A stretch of DNA of 64,000 nt from Hemiscyllium ocellatum (GCF_020745735.1 NC_083407.1:89023857-89087856), one strand, 5' to 3'; counted from the stretch's first letter, positions 38,188 through 50,124 are shown. A program made the numbers and translations. The notes: generated from the letters alone by a model not told the origin.

Positions 38188-38357
38188 AGCCAGTGTTGGA
38201 CTGGGATGTACAAAGTTAAAAATATCACAACACCAAGTTATAATCCAACAGGTTTATTTGGGGGTACTAGCTTTTGGTGCACTGCTCCTTCGTTCTGTCT
38301 GACCACTCGGCAAAGGAGGAGTGCTCCAAATGTTAGTGCTTCCAAATAAACCTGTTA
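38188..38357. mobile_element. decayed palindromic HHR mini-element (same family as 3728-3897)
   Basis: Minus tail ...AACAGGTTTATTTGG..CTAGCTTT..GCTCCTT followed by an inverted AAGGAG..GTGCTCC..TAGTGCTTCCAAATAAACCTGTT. Confidence 0.7.
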
Positions 38358-38641
38358 AAGTATTTTTAGCATTCTATGTGCAGTCCTGTTTTAATATCCC
38401 AGTTGAGTCTCGCTGTTTTTTTGTTGAATGTCACTGATCTATCTGAATAGCTGTCTAAATGAACAGTCACTGGTTTAAATAAAAGTTCTGGTGAAGAATC
38501 TTGCATTGCTATGTATTTCGCATTTTCAATGTCATGGGGAATATTTTGCATAGTTTATCATAGTTTCAAGACTATTGGATGTCTGAGGTGGCAGTGCACA
38601 AATATAAAATCCAAAGAAAAATCAGTTCTATTGCTAGCACT

Positions 38642-38647
38642 TTTATT
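38642..38647 (-). terminator. polyadenylation signal, gene 3
   Basis: AATAAA about 50 nt after the stop. Confidence 0.8.
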
Positions 38648-38695
38648 ATGTTTCAGAGTATTTCAGCATAACAGAATATAGTTTTCAACATGGAA

Positions 38696-38971
38696 TTAGA
38701 AATCCCTCATGCGCCTGAAAGATCCTACAGTTGAGCTGTAGCCTCCCCAGTCACTGTATCTCCTGTATTCACCGGGCCTCATGAAGTACTGTCGCCCTCT
38801 GTAGTTGGGATGTTCATAGAAGATCCAGTAACCGTCCATCACCTGGCAGGAGTGGATGTCACGGTAACGGAAACGATCGTAGACAGATGGACAGTCATCC
38901 ATGAATTCCATCATCTGCCCTCCAAAGTCAGGCCTCTCATAAATCCTCATTCTGTAGGAGCCTCCTCGGTA
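38696..38971 (-). CDS. gamma-crystallin gene 3, exon 3
   Basis: TTGCAG acceptor; 276 nt [16 protein letters not shown]...[12 protein letters not shown] then TAA. Confidence 0.96.
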   Translation of the reverse strand, partial: YRGGSYRMRIYERPDFGGQMMEFMDDCPSVYDRFRYRDIHSCQVMDGYWIFYEHPNYRGRQYFMRPGEYRRYSDWGGYSSTVGSFRRMRDF

Positions 38972-39731
38972 CTGCAACATAAAATGTAAAACATTCACAA
39001 AGCAGCTATAAACATACACGTGAAGTATATTGAAAACAGTTTCAAGATTATAACACTCCAGAACAAGTATATTTATCAATGACTTGGACTTGGGTCTATG
39101 AGACACAAGTTCAAAGTGTGTAGCTGACACAAGCCTGTGAAGCATAGGGGGCCATGAGAAGAATTGTGATAGACCTCAAAGGAATATAAGTTGATGTAAT
39201 AGTGGTCATGTGGCATATGAAATTGAACAAAGCAACATATGAAGTCATGCACTGTGGAAGGAAGAATGAGAAATGGCAATCTAAAATTAAGGTATAACTC
39301 TCAAGGAGGTGAAAAACAATGATAGCACAATTTGTGGAAGGTGGCTGAAAAGGTTGATGGTGTGGTTAAAAAGACGAACAGGCTGCATGACATTATAAAT
39401 CACAGAACATAAAAGCAAAAAAGTTGTGATAATTAAAACATTAATCTGGCTTCAGTTGAATTACATGTCTAATACTTGACACCAGGCTATAGGAAAAGCG
39501 TGAACATGCAGACAAGTTTTATGAGAATTGTTCCGGGATGAAAGACTTATTAACTGTGGACTGATTAGCCATGGATAGTCCAACATTGTTCTGTTGAGAG
39601 AAGTGAATGATGAGAGATATTTGATAGAGGTATTCAAAACCAAGAGATGTCTAGACAGCGTTTCTGATTAGAAACTGTTCCCATTACTGAAAAGTGGTTC
39701 TATGGTTCTGTAATTCTCAACAAGTATGCTT

Positions 39732-39829
39732 AGAGTCAAAGAGTGTGGTGCTGCAAAAGCACAGCTGGTCAGGCAACATCTGAGGAGCAGGACAATCGAC
39801 GTTTCAAGCATAAGCCCTTCCTGATGAAG
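39732..39829 (-). mobile_element. PLE pLTR tail in intron 2 of gene 3; HHR core flipped
   Basis: ...ATCGACGTTTCAAGCATAAGCCCTTC followed by plus-orientation CTGATGAAG. Confidence 0.75.
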
Positions 39830-40094
39830 TGTAGTTCAAATATAGATTTGTCACTCATGACAGTCAATGGAAATGACAATAATTGTACCTCAATTGATAT
39901 AGAAACATAGATTACATCAACAGGAGTAACCCATTTGGTCCTTTAAGCCTGGTCCACTATTCAATATAAACATGAAAACATAATTTATGAAGGAGCTCCA
40001 AATGTATTTTATTAAAAACAGTAATTATTCACACACCATAAATCATATCAGTAGATGTTCTGAGACTGATAATTAGCATGTATTTCTAACTTAC

Positions 40095-40337
40095 ATGTGG
40101 GTAACTGCGACATGACCTGACACAGTCATTGAATCCCATCCAGCGCTGGTAGTCAGGATACTCTCCCCTGGTCAGAACATACTGGTATCCCATGTAATTG
40201 GGTTTCTCATACAGCACCCACCAGTCACTCTCAACACGGATGGAGTTACAGCGGCTGAAGTAAGGGGACAGGTCGGCACAGTCACTGCTGCACTCATAGT
40301 GCCGTCCCTGGAAGTTCCTGTCCTCGTAAAAGATGAT
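40095..40337 (-). CDS. gamma-crystallin gene 3, exon 2
   Basis: CAG acceptor; 243 nt, identical to gene 2 exon 2 except the last codon (CAT vs CAA); GTAAG donor. Confidence 0.96.
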
Positions 40338-40439
40338 CTGTGGAAATAAAATTACACAAGAAATTTCATACTTTCATAAATTTGAGGATTCTTAGAAAAC
40401 GTTATGATCCAAGTTTAAAGTTATACAAGTTGACCGTAC

Positions 40440-40448
40440 CTTGCCCAT
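40440..40448 (-). CDS. gamma-crystallin gene 3, coding exon 1 (MGK)
   Basis: ATG GGC AAG followed by a GTACGG donor; TATAAA at 40512-40517. Confidence 0.93.
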
Positions 40449-40469
40449 TTTGAGCTTTAAAGCTAATTA

Positions 40470-40700
40470 AACAAGCACCTGGGATGTAGCACTGTTCTAT
40501 CCAGCTCGATATTTATACACTGGACTAAAATGCCACTGTAGGGAATACTTTTGTTAGTCTAATAGCTTTCAACAGCGCATATCAGCAAAATGACAAATTA
40601 TAAAAAAAACCTGTCATTGCAGATAAAATCCCCTTATTCAGGTTTATTGATAGGACAATGATTCTTTTCATTCTGCTTTGATGCTGCTTTCATTGTTAAT
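40470..40700 (-). promoter_or_regulatory. gene 3 promoter (conserved block)
   Basis: TATAAA 40512-40517; AACAAAAG 40548-40555; TGCTGA 40582-40587; AACAAT 40692-40697. Confidence 0.8.
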
Positions 40701-41096
40701 GAAGTATTTCAAAGGCAAACTGGCAATTCATTTATGATGCGTCAAGTAAAGGCATTATTGACATGCAATTGGTCTCCCTTGCATCACTGTGATGCTCCAT
40801 TACAGAACATGGATGGTGGACAATGGTGAGGATGTTTCTGGCTCAGTGTGTCAACTGCTGTTTTTGAAGTGGGCTGTCCATGATTATGCATTATGTTTAC
40901 CCGAAATATGCAGAGTAAGCAGAACAAGAGCTAATCACTCATTTGACAGAATGCTGGTGTGAATTTCCACCAATACGGTATTTTAGTTTATGCGGTAATG
41001 TCTACATTATCACCTGTTGTATTAAAAAAACTCAAACATAATAATATTGAAGAAACCAAAATACATTTAGAACAACTAACGTGTATGTACAAAAGT

Positions 41097-42350
41097 ACAT
41101 TTTTTTAAATTTCAAAAATATACTTTATTCATAAAATTATTTGATATCTATACAATTGGTGATGCCATACATACGTACACATTCCATTTCTTTACATACC
41201 GAGATCAGAATTAATCATTCATATGTACAAATCTGTGCATTGACTATCCAGCTATTCTACTGAGGCATCAACAGAGCGCTATTGCTGGGTGGGCTGCCCA
41301 TTCTTCTTAGGCAGGCAGACCTTACATGGTGGTCTTTCCCCATTGCACCTTGGCGGCAGCTATCCCAAGCTTCAGCGTGTCCCTCAACACGTAGTCCTGG
41401 ACCTTGGAATGTGCCAGTCTGCAACACTCAGTCGGAGTCAACTCCTTCAGCTGGAAGATCAACAGGGTTTCGGACAGACCAAAGAGCATCTTTCACCGAG
41501 TTGATGATCCTCCAGGCACAGTTGATGTTCCTCTCGGTGTGCGTCCCAGGGAACAGACCATAGAGCACGGAGACCCGCGTCACGGAGCTGCTCAAGACGA
41601 ACCTCGACAAACACTACTGCATTCCTCTCCAGACTTCTTTTGCACAGGCACTTCCAGAAGGAGGTGTGTGACAGTCTCGTCCCCCCCGCAGCCACTTCGA
41701 GGGCAGCGTGCGGTGTGGGAGAGAGTCCGGGCGTGCATAAAGGATCTCACAGGCAGAGCCCTCTCACCACCAGCCAAGCCATGTCTTGGTGCTTGTTGGA
41801 AAGTTCTGGTGGTGAGGCATTCTGCCAAATGGCTTTGACAATCTGCCCAGGGAACCGCTCGATAGGATCTGCTCTCTCCTTTTCCCGAAGGGTCTCAAGG
41901 ACACTACGTGCTAACCACTTCCTGATGGACTTGTGGTCAAGCGTGTTTTTCTTCATAAATTTCTCCACGAAGGATAGCTGATTTGGAATGGTCCAACTAC
42001 TCGGAGCGTTCCACGGCAGCGAGGCGAAGCCCATCCTTCACAACACCGGGGACAGGTAGAACCTCAATACATAGTGACACTTGGCGCTTATGTACCGGGG
42101 ATCCACACACAACTTGATGCACCACACACAAAGGTGGCCATTATGGCAAGGGTAGCGTTGAGCGTATTTTTTCCTCCATTGCCCAGATCTTTATACATGA
42201 TGTCTCTTCAGACCTGGTCCATCTTTGATCTCCACATGAAGTGGAAGATGGCCTGGGTGACTGCGGCGGCATAGGTTCTGGGAATATGCCAGACCTGTGC
42301 CACATATAACAACACTGACAGTACCTCACACCTGATGACCAGGTTTTCAC
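41097..42350 (-). mobile_element. Tx1/L1-group LINE 3' fragment
   Basis: WQNASPPELSNKHQDMAWL, C-terminal CPRSGCGGDETVTHLLLE Zn-knuckle, AATAAA and A-rich end; 10-bp TSD GTACAAAAGT at 41087-41096 and 42351-42360. Confidence 0.85.
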
Positions 42351-43399
42351 GTACAAAAGTTACACTCCTCAGGCACAGAATGTCTGGGCTAATATCAAAC
42401 TGACTGACCAGAACACTTCAAATGCTCTAAGTTAAGATGATTGTTATGTCTTTGGGTTACAATACTGTGGTGATATAAGCATGTCCCTTAAAGTTATACT
42501 GACATGCTAATCATAAGACAAAGCACAACATCCCATTTTTCCAAAGATAAAAATCTATCCTGAACAAATACAGGTTGTTTTGCTATAATGTGCGCTCTAT
42601 TAATGCAAATTTGCAGTAGCACAATTGACAAATGGGGACTAAATATGAGTTTTTAAAGTGTGGATTGGTTATAACATGATTCCAGCCCCATTAGTTTCAA
42701 TGGTGAGGCTATTATGACGTTTTCTTATAACACAGGATTGCACGAGATCAGAACTGCTGCATTATAGCAGAACCGACTGTATATATGTGTTTATACATAG
42801 GCACATTGGTGTCAATTAAAAACTGATTCAAATAGGTAAAACAGAGTTTAAAAAGAAAACTAAACTTCTGTGTTTCAGTATAATGTTTTTGCGGTTGCCC
42901 AACTTGTCCTGAAGTGGTGATTGTGCACCTGTCTATAGAAATTTGCATTGTTGCACATGTTTTGACAATTTGGTTGTCACTTTGCTGGTAGCTATCACTG
43001 CACCCAATGATACTCGGAGCACATTTTTTAGAAGGTGTTTGGGCAACTCGATAAAGTGGTTAAAAAGACAGCCAGGCTCCATGGCATTATAAATCAAGTA
43101 TCAAAATAAAACAACTTGTGATGAAACTTCATGGAATATTAATCTACTTTCAACTGAAGTGCGTGTTTCAATCTTGGCATAATATTTTGGGAAAAGTGTG
43201 AAGGTGCCAAGGATATTTATGAGAAATTTTCCAGGACTGGAGGACTTATTAGCCATGAATAGACAGAGGTTGTTCTACCTGAGAGAAGTGCATAATGAGA
43301 GATATTTAATAGTGGTATTCAAAGACATGAGATGTTTAAACGCTAACTTTGGAGTAGTTTTTCTCACCCTCTTTTTGCATAATTAGTGTGCTGTATGTT

Positions 43400-45230
43400 G
43401 GACTGAGTTGGTTTCTATTCCTTCACAATGTAGTGTCATGATCACTTATGGTCCGGGGCTGGTTGCATTTTCATAGACTTTTGCTGGTATCGGTGTAATT
43501 GTATTTATAAATCATACTCTCTGCCCAGTGCTCTGTTTTGGTAGGTTTCTAACTGCTCATTCATGTCGATCCCTTTTGTTCTTGTCTGTCTAAAAAGAAG
43601 AATGTCCTGTATCTTGGAATAGTTAGACAATTTGTTGCTGGGAAAAGTAATTTGCACTTGTCATATGAACATAAATTGTCCTGAAATCGAAATTTCTTAT
43701 TTTGGTATTGCACAAAATGAAGCAAGGCAGTACAAAGAGCTTGTTGCTCCACACTTAATATTTGTTGATTTCATTGTTCACACCATCAAACATTCTGCTA
43801 AACAGTTTGAGTCTGGTTAGTGAAGTGACAGTCTGCTATGGGTCAATCCCCACAGTACAAATGTCCTGAGATGGTTTGCCAGTGAAGTATGGTTTGTTTT
43901 TATTCACTATCTGATCTAGGACATCGAATAAACTGAAAATAAAACTTATCATGTCAGTGATGGTCCCGCTCAGTGTGATGCTAAGTCTCTGAACAGCAGG
44001 GAGTTTAGAAATGTAATCTATCACAAGGATGCAATCTTCTCAGTGTACTGTGAAAAGGTCTGTTGCTGCCTTCATCCAAGGAGTGAATGGAACATTGTGT
44101 GAATGTAGAGGCTCCCTCTAGTGGGATTGATACATCTGGCATGCCTCAACTGCATTCATGAGGCATTAATATTCGGATATATCCCAAGGCAGAATCACAT
44201 GCCAGCTGCCTTGTGAGTTTCAATGCTAATATGCCTCTGGTCTCACATCAAAATGATATCATGGTGTTATGTTTATGGTATTTGGACTTGCTTTTCCCAA
44301 AATGTGCCTTGTCCTGATTTACCAAGTTGATCTCTGGCCAAGATGAGCAAAACGTCTCAGATTCTTCTTGAATAGTGTCAGCCCATTCCTGGACATTATT
44401 TTTCTTGCAACTCTTGTAGTTGCTTATCTTCAGCAGTAGCCAATAGCATTTGCTCTGGCCAAAGTGTAATGGAGCAATTTTGAGAAAATCCTTAACTTGT
44501 ATAATCTTGAACCGCATTGTGTAAGTCAAGAGGTATATCCTGGTCTGTGTGTGGGTTGGGTAATCTGATCATCTTGGTGCTTCTGAAGTAATCATCCTTG
44601 TGCCTGACTTAAATCTCACTTGAAAGTTATATTTTTTGAGACCATTGATGGATTTAGTTGTGCCACATGTAGTCTGTTCTGCCACAAAGGGCACAGTTAA
44701 ATCTCATGAATCGTAACTATACCGAGACTTGTGCATACTAGTAATCCCATCACTGCTTGTGTATTAACATCACCAGGTAGAAGATTCTGGGAAGCCATAA
44801 TTTTGCTAATGCACAGAAATGGTGATTCATTGTACACTCTGAGACAGTGTCTCCCAAGTGTACCACTTGGTGAGATACATACATTTTCTGAGTGCACAGT
44901 AGTAATAAATTGGCAGTAACTCCAATGTTGGTTTTGGCTTTTATTGTATGTTGTTGTGCCTTTCTCAGCAAATGATCATAACGTATATAAAAGCTCCTGA
45001 TTGCCTAATGCTGTTGACATGGTTATAAGGTGAATAACATAAAAAGCTTGGGCATTGTTTGAAATTTGATTTTCACTTGCTTTTGATTCTGAACTTCATT
45101 GATGTATTTGTGTGCATTTGTATACCATCTTTACACTTGCCTTGCAGCCAGTGTTGTACCAACTTATCAACTGTGTATTGTTCTGGAATCTGGCCTAGCC
45201 TTTGGAATTAGATTTTCTGCACATGTATGC
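43400..45230 (-). mobile_element. degenerate LTR-retrotransposon (Gypsy-like) pol/integrase relic
   Basis: Translations FSLFDVLDQIVNKNKPYF (cf. FG.P..IVSDNGPQF) and WPEI resemble integrase; heavily decayed. Confidence 0.4.
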
Positions 45231-45896
45231 CTTATCTCCCTCAGTGCCATACATTTTACGGATATCAAGAAAAGTTGAATAATCATTTATACATAAGATA
45301 TAATGGATCTCTTACATATTATATAGGTTTTATGACCATATCAGTCGTGTTAATTATATCCAAAACATCTAATTGTTGTGAATTTGATGCTATGGCTTCC
45401 TATTTTTATCAATCCTTAATTAATTCATCACACTGAGAAGATAATGCAAATAGATTTAGCTGGTGTAAATTTGATGACTTAACATAATGAGCTTCTCCAG
45501 GAGTGTCACTTCTGGAAAGTAACACTCATGCTCTTTACTGTGGACAGTCCGCATCCATGAACACCAACTAGCCATGAAACGACATGACCAGCTATTCTTA
45601 GTAGCCACACACACAGATGACAAGCAACATGAGTTCGACTGGGACAACACTACTATTACAGGACAAGTCAAACAGAGAACAGCCAGGGAATTCCTAGAGG
45701 CATGGCACTCATCCACAAATTCAATCAATAAGCACATCGACCTGGACCCAATATACCCGCCACTGCAGCAGACAGCTGGAACTGACAACCGGAAGCAGCA
45801 GAGACATACCATTTTAAATGCTGGAGGAAACATCACAGAAGCGCTTCACAGGAGGGTCCCAAGCACTGAGGATGTCACCTAGACAGGGGATGAAAC

Positions 45897-47864
45897 CGAC
45901 TCAACCTGTCCACCCCTCTCACCCACTCCAACCTCTCACCCTCAGAACGTGCAGCCCTCCACTCCCTCCGCTCCAATCCCAACCTCACCATCAAACCCGC
46001 AGACAAGGGAGGCGCGGTGGTAGTTTGGCGCACTGACCTGTACACCGCTGAAGCCAAACGCCAGCTCGCGGACGCCTCCTCTTATCGCCCCCTTGACCAC
46101 GACCCCACCTCCCACCACCAAACCATCATCTCCCAGACCATCCAGGACCTCATCACCTCAGGGGATCTCCCATCCACCGCCTCCAACCTCATAGTCCCAC
46201 AACCCCGCACCGCCCGTTTCTACCTCCTGCCCAAAATCCACAAACCTGCCTGCCCCGGCCGACCCATTGTCTCAGCCTGCTCCTGCCCCACCGAACTCAT
46301 CTCCCAATACCTCGACACGGTCCTGTCCCCTTTAGTCCAAGAACTCCCCACCTACGTTCGGGACACCACCCACGCCCTCCACCTCCTCCAGGATTTTCGC
46401 TTCCCCGGTCCCCAACGCCTTATTTTCACTATGGACATCCAGTCCCTGTACACCTCCATCCCCCATCACGAAGGACTCAAAGCCCTCCGCTTCTTCCTTT
46501 CCCGCCGCACTAACCAGTACCCTTCCACTGACACCCTCCTTCGACTGACTGAACTGGTCCTCACCCTGAATAACTTCTCTTTTCAATCCTCCCACTTCCT
46601 CCAAACTAAAGGAGTTGCCATGGGCACCCGCATGGGCCCCAGCTATGCCTGCCTCTTCGTAGGATATGTGGAACAGTCCATCTTCCGCAACTACACTGGC
46701 ACCACCCCCCACCTTTTCCTCCGCTACATCGATGACTGTATCGGCGCTGCCTCGTGCTCCCACGAGGAGGTTGAACAGTTCATCAACTTTACTAACACCT
46801 TCCATCCCGACCTGAAATTCACCTGGACTGTCTCAGACTCCTCCCTCCCCTTCCTAGACCTTTCCATTTCTATCTCGGGCGACCGACTCAACACAGACAT
46901 CTATTATAAACCGACTGACTCCCACAGCTACCTGGACTACACCTCCTCCCACCCTGCCCCCTGTAAAAACGCCATCCCATATTCCCAATTCCTTCGTCTC
47001 CGCCGCATCTGCTCCCAGGAGGACCAATTCCAACACCGCACAACCCAGATGGCCTCCTTCTTCAAGGACCGCAGATTCCCCCCAGACGTGATCGACGATG
47101 CCCTCCACCGCATCTCCTCCACTTCCCGCTCCTCCGCCCTTGAGCCCCGCTCCTCCAACCGCCACCAAGACAGAACCCCACTGGTTCTCACCTACCACCC
47201 CACCAACCTGCGCATACAACGTATTATCCGCCGCCATTTCCGCCACCTCCAAACGGACCCCACCACCAAGGATATATTTCCCTCCCCTCCCCTATCAGCG
47301 TTCCGCAAGGACCACTCCCTTCGTGACTCCCTTGTCAGATCCACACCCCCCACCAACCCAACCTCCACCCCCGGCACCTTCCCCTGCAACCGCAGGAAAT
47401 GTAAAACTTGCGCCCACACCTCCACACTCACTTCCCTCCAAGGCCCCAAGGGATCCTTCCATATCCGCCACAAGTTCACCTGTACCTCCACACACATCAT
47501 CTATTGCATCCGCTGCACCCGATGTGGCCTCCTCTATATTGGTGAGACAGGCCGCTTACTTGCGGAACGCTTCAGAGAACACCTCTGGGCCGCCCGAACC
47601 AACCAACCCAATCACCCCGTGGCTCAACACTTTAACTCCCCCTCCCACTCCACCGAGGACATGCAGGTCCTTGGACTCCTCCACCGGCAGAACACAACTA
47701 CACGACGGCTGGAGGAGGAGCGCCTCATCTTCCGCCTGGGAACCCTCCAACCACAAGGTATGAATTCAGATTTCTCCAGCTTCCTCATTTCCCCTCCCCC
47801 CACCTTGTCTCAGTCGGTTCCCTCAACTCAGCACCGCCCTCCTAACCTGCAATCCTCTTCCTGA
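45897..47864 (+). CDS. PLE reverse transcriptase + GIY-YIG endonuclease (5'-truncated open frame, no native ATG)
   Basis: Frame open from 45897 (RLNLSTP...IKPADKGGAVVV); motifs KIHK..PGRPI, GVAMG, RYIDD, FLD, Cys linker CNRRKCKTC, IYCIRC..CGLLYIGETGR..RFREH. Confidence 0.92.
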   Translation, partial: RLNLSTPLTHSNLSPSERAALHSLRSNPNLTIKPADKGGAVVVWRTDLYTAEAKRQLADASSYRPLDHDPTSHHQTIISQTIQDLITSGDLPSTASNLIVPQPRTARFYLLPKIHKPACPGRPIVSACSCPTELISQYLDTVLSPLVQELPTYVRDTTHALHLLQDFRFPGPQRLIFTMDIQSLYTSIPHHEGLKALRFFLSRRTNQYPSTDTLLRLTELVLTLNNFSFQSSHFLQTKGVAMGTRMGPSYACLFVGYVEQSIFRNYTGTTPHLFLRYIDDCIGAASCSHEEVEQFINFTNTFHPDLKFTWTVSDSSLPFLDLSISISGDRLNTDIYYKPTDSHSYLDYTSSHPAPCKNAIPYSQFLRLRRICSQEDQFQHRTTQMASFFKDRRFPPDVIDDALHRISSTSRSSALEPRSSNRHQDRTPLVLTYHPTNLRIQRIIRRHFRHLQTDPTTKDIFPSPPLSAFRKDHSLRDSLVRSTPPTNPTSTPGTFPCNRRKCKTCAHTSTLTSLQGPKGSFHIRHKFTCTSTHIIYCIRCTRCGLLYIGETGRLLAERFREHLWAARTNQPNHPVAQHFNSPSHSTEDMQVLGLLHRQNTTTRRLEEERLIFRLGTLQPQGMNSDFSSFLISPPPTLSQSVPSTQHRPPNLQSSS

Positions 47865-47997
47865 CCTCTCCGCCCCCACCCCACTCCGGCCTATCACCCT
47901 CACCTTGACCTCCTTCCACCTATCCCACCTCCATCGCCCCTCCCCCTAGTCCCTCCTCCCTACCTTTTATCTCAGCCTGCTTGGCTCTCTCTCTCTT

Positions 47998-48033
47998 ATT
48001 CCTGATGAAGGGCTTATGCTCGAAACGTCGAAT
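47998..48033 (+). ncRNA. minimal type-I hammerhead ribozyme (intact)
   Basis: ATTC-CTGATGA-A-GGGC-TTAT-GCTC-GAAAC-GTC-GAAT: stem I ATTC/GAAT, core CUGAUGA/GAAA, palindromic ACGT stem III, GUC cleavage triplet ending at 48029. Confidence 0.9.
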
Positions 48034-48963
48034 TCTCTATTCCTGAGATGCTGCCTAACCTGCTGTGCTTTGACCAGCAACACATTTGCAGCTGTGATCT
48101 CCAGCATCTGCAGACCTCATTTTTTACTCGGGGATGAAACGTCTGCAACACAAATTCCCAGCTTGGCGAACACAACCACAACATCTTTACTGTGGAATTC
48201 TGGTAAACTGGTCAGTAAACTCTTGGAGGTTGCTGTCTGTACAATGTGAGTTGGAGTCTGTTATGTATGAAGCTAATTTTTACAGATCTTTCCTGGATTT
48301 TTCTAATTGTCCATGAAAAGACCAAATGTGTTACTCCTATGAAAATCCTCCTTTCCAATGGAAAATAAGATTATTAAAGGTCTTTTCTCAAGATTATCTA
48401 TGGTTTGGTCTGTAAGGTATAATTGCAAATGTTGCTTGGCCACAGAATTCGATGAGGGTGTCATCAGATGCTGAATCTATAATGAGGTTTCAGCTTTCCA
48501 TGATTCCAATTAAAAGTGTTGCGTGTACCACCTTAACGTGCATGCCCCTAATTATGTATTAATTTAAGTTAGAAGGTGCCCCTTCCTTAATAATAAAGAC
48601 CTTGCAGGTTTGAAAAAAAATTAATTGCATCTTAATCAAAAGTAAATTACTTCTGTTTGTTTTGGTGGTAAATGGACTACCTAAGATCTGTCCCGGCTGA
48701 CTGTATTGACAGAAACTGATGCCTCCTATGGCTAAGGAATTTACCCTTCATCCAAATTATGTGTTGTCCAGTTGGTTTACAATTAATTTTCCTAATATCT
48801 TCTACTATCATTAACATTAGTGTGTTTGCCTCCAATAGGATATTTTAATTTATGCCGCAATGTTAATATTATTTCTTAAAGCATAAGAAAGTGCGTATGG
48901 ATATTATGGCATTGATTATTCCAGGAGATAATTACTACAGCTAGCTATTATGTGCAAAGATTG

Positions 48964-49814
48964 TACAGGTTAGGTGAGTGGTCAGATGCATGGCAGATGC
49001 AGTTTAACGTGGATAAATGTATGGTTATCCACTTTGGTGGCAAGAACAGGAAGGCAGATTACTACCTAAGTGGAATCAATTTAGGTAAAGGGGCAGTACA
49101 AAGAGATCTGGGTGTTCTTGTACACCAGTCAATGAAGGTAAGCATGCAGGTACAGCAGGTAGTGAAGAAGGCTAATAGCATGTTGGCCTTCATAACAAGA
49201 GGAATTGAGGAGAGAAGCAAAGAGGTTCTTCTGCAGCTGTACAAGGGCCTGGTGAGACCACACCTGGAGCATTGTGTGTAGTTCTGGTCTCCAAATTTGA
49301 GGAAAGATATTTTGGCTATTGAGGGAGTGCAGCGTAGGTTCACGAGGTCAATTCCTGGAATGGTGGGACTACCTTACGCTGAAAGACTAGAGCGACTGGG
49401 CTTGTACACCCTTGAGTTTAGAAGACTGAGAGGGGATCTGATTGGGACATATAAGATTATTAAATGATTGGACACTCTGGAGGCAGGAAACATGTTTCCG
49501 CTGATGGGTGAGTGCCGAACCAGAGGACACAGCTTAAAAATACGGGGTAGACCATTTAGGACAGAGATGAGGAGAAACTTCTTCACACAGAGAGTGGTGG
49601 CTGTGTGGAATGCTCTGTCCCAGATGGCAGTGGAGGCCTGGTTTCTGGATTCATTTAAGAAAGAGTTGGATAGAGCTCTCAAGGATAGTGGAATCAAGGG
49701 TTATGGAGATAAGGCAGGAACAGGATACTGATTAAGGATGATCAGCCATGATCATATTGAATGGTGGTGCAGGCTCAAAGGGCAGAATGGCCCATTCCTG
49801 CACCTATTGTCTAT
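48964..49814 (+). mobile_element. CR1 LINE 3' fragment (young)
   Basis: WQMQFNVDKC, LVRPHLEHCV, TRGHSLK, RNFFTQRVV and 3' tail. Confidence 0.92.
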
Positions 49815-50124
49815 AAATGCAGGAAGTGCTTGCCGAATGTCTGACATTTTAAATTAACCTGTTCAGGTATGTTACGACATCCTTCGAAGCAGGTGGGACT
49901 TGAACTCAAGCATTGGGCAAAGAGATACATGAGAGGCAAACATTTTACACGGAGGGTGGTTCATGTGTGGAATGAACTTCCTGAGGAAGTCGTAGATGTG
50001 GGTACAATTACAATGGTTAAAAGACATTTGGATAGACACATGAATGGGAAGGGTTTGGAGGGATATGGGCAAGGAGCAGGCAGGTGGGACTAGTTTAGTT
50101 TGGGATTATTTTAGGCATGGACTA

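Larger units (their letters stand above)
45897..48129 (+). mobile_element. young 5'-truncated Penelope-like retroelement (Neptune-type)
   Basis: Uninterrupted RT + GIY-YIG frame, C-rich 3' region, intact hammerhead, 11-bp TSD GGGGATGAAAC (45886-45896 and 48130-48140); CpGs retained. Confidence 0.95.
45545..48183 (+). mobile_element. older PLE (Penelope/Poseidon-type) 3' fragment hosting the young PLE (own sequence 45545-45896 and 48141-48183)
   Basis: GIY-YIG C-terminal translation RIHEHQLA...HEFDWDNT...REFLEAWH; split hammerhead CTGAGGA...GAAAC|GTC; 13-bp TSD TCTTTACTGTGGA at 45532-45544 and 48184-48196. Confidence 0.85.

Noticed and set aside
38972-39145. N-terminal extension of the 149-aa crystallin ORF
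   Set aside because: Intron 2 sequence that happens to be in frame; the true exon starts at the AG acceptor (38971).
45863-45915. New chimeric hammerhead at the left insertion junction
   Set aside because: GAAAC is followed by CGAC, with no NUH triplet or stem I partner, so the ribozyme is destroyed rather than rebuilt.
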